From Chiloscyllium plagiosum (Eukaryota), in the NCBI RefSeq assembly GCF_004010195.1, contig NC_057719.1, positions 90,750,897-90,814,896 on the forward strand: DNA of 64,000 nt, in the 5' to 3' direction. Shown in pieces: positions 63,441 to 64,000 of the stretch. Under the pieces are notes generated by a model, which did not search any database, had not been told where the DNA came from, and saw nothing but the letters and a program-made list of their open reading frames with translations. Each line of letters begins with the position of its first letter. Within the stretch, counting starts at the first letter, position 1. The position numbers and the translations under genes are program-made.

Positions 63441-64000
63441 GTAAGTGAAACATTCTCCATTAAAATCAAAGAGTAAACAATAAGTTAAACATTAATATTG
63501 ACTGTATTTTAATAAAGCTTTCAGTAGTTTTATATAAATCACACCTGATCAGATAAATTATTGTCTTATCTATAGTTCGGTAAAAATTTCTCAAGGACAT
63601 ATTAATTAAATATTAGCTTTATTTCCCTTGGAGACTTATGTACAACCCTGAGTTCTGGGAACTATGGATAAAAACAACTCTCCTCTGTTCTTGATAATGA
63701 AATCAGATGCTGGGCCATTTGATGCATTGTGCATTGCCCTTGTTTGTGATAACAGTAACAAGTATGTACTTTACTTAAGGCAGTTTTTTAAGGCTGTAGA
63801 ATTTTCGAGACATTTCACAAGAGCATAAATTGAGATGGTTTTCTCAGCTTTTTGTCTCGTTATCTTAGGAAAATTGGTATGTAATGTCACTTCTCCTTTT
63901 CCTGCTTTCTGGGTTTTACTTCTAATTTGGTGGGTTTTTTTTGATTAACTGGACAGTCACAGTCAAAGTCTTGGGTGAGTTTAGCTTTCCCTGTAGATGA

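Overview
Eukaryotic (cartilaginous-fish, probably shark) genomic DNA lying entirely inside one + strand gene, the kinesin-3 STARD9 (KIF16A). Ten phase-compatible GT-AG coding exons (9795-63440) splice into one open frame covering most of the motor domain and the neck; the P-loop exon and the rest of the gene lie outside the window. The shark assignment is inferred from HE1-type SINEs and HER1/CR1 LINEs. The introns are mostly nested transposon debris: CR1 (including a young copy with an open ORF2 half and an esterase ORF1 fragment), RTE, L2-like and L1-like LINEs, HE1 and Deu-type SINEs, two TA-flanked MITEs and a probable solo LTR. There are also many Penelope-like element (PLE) insertions, built as asymmetric palindromes with target-site duplications (TSDs) and minimal type-I hammerhead ribozyme motifs. 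The most notable item is a 1.7 kb insertion (39660-41359) with a 15-bp TSD, in which two inverted PLE arms enclose about 1.2 kb of unrelated DNA. Two N gaps are present. Exon, TSD and ribozyme coordinates were read base by base. Boundaries of degraded repeats are approximate, and family names come from recalled consensus sequences, not database searches.
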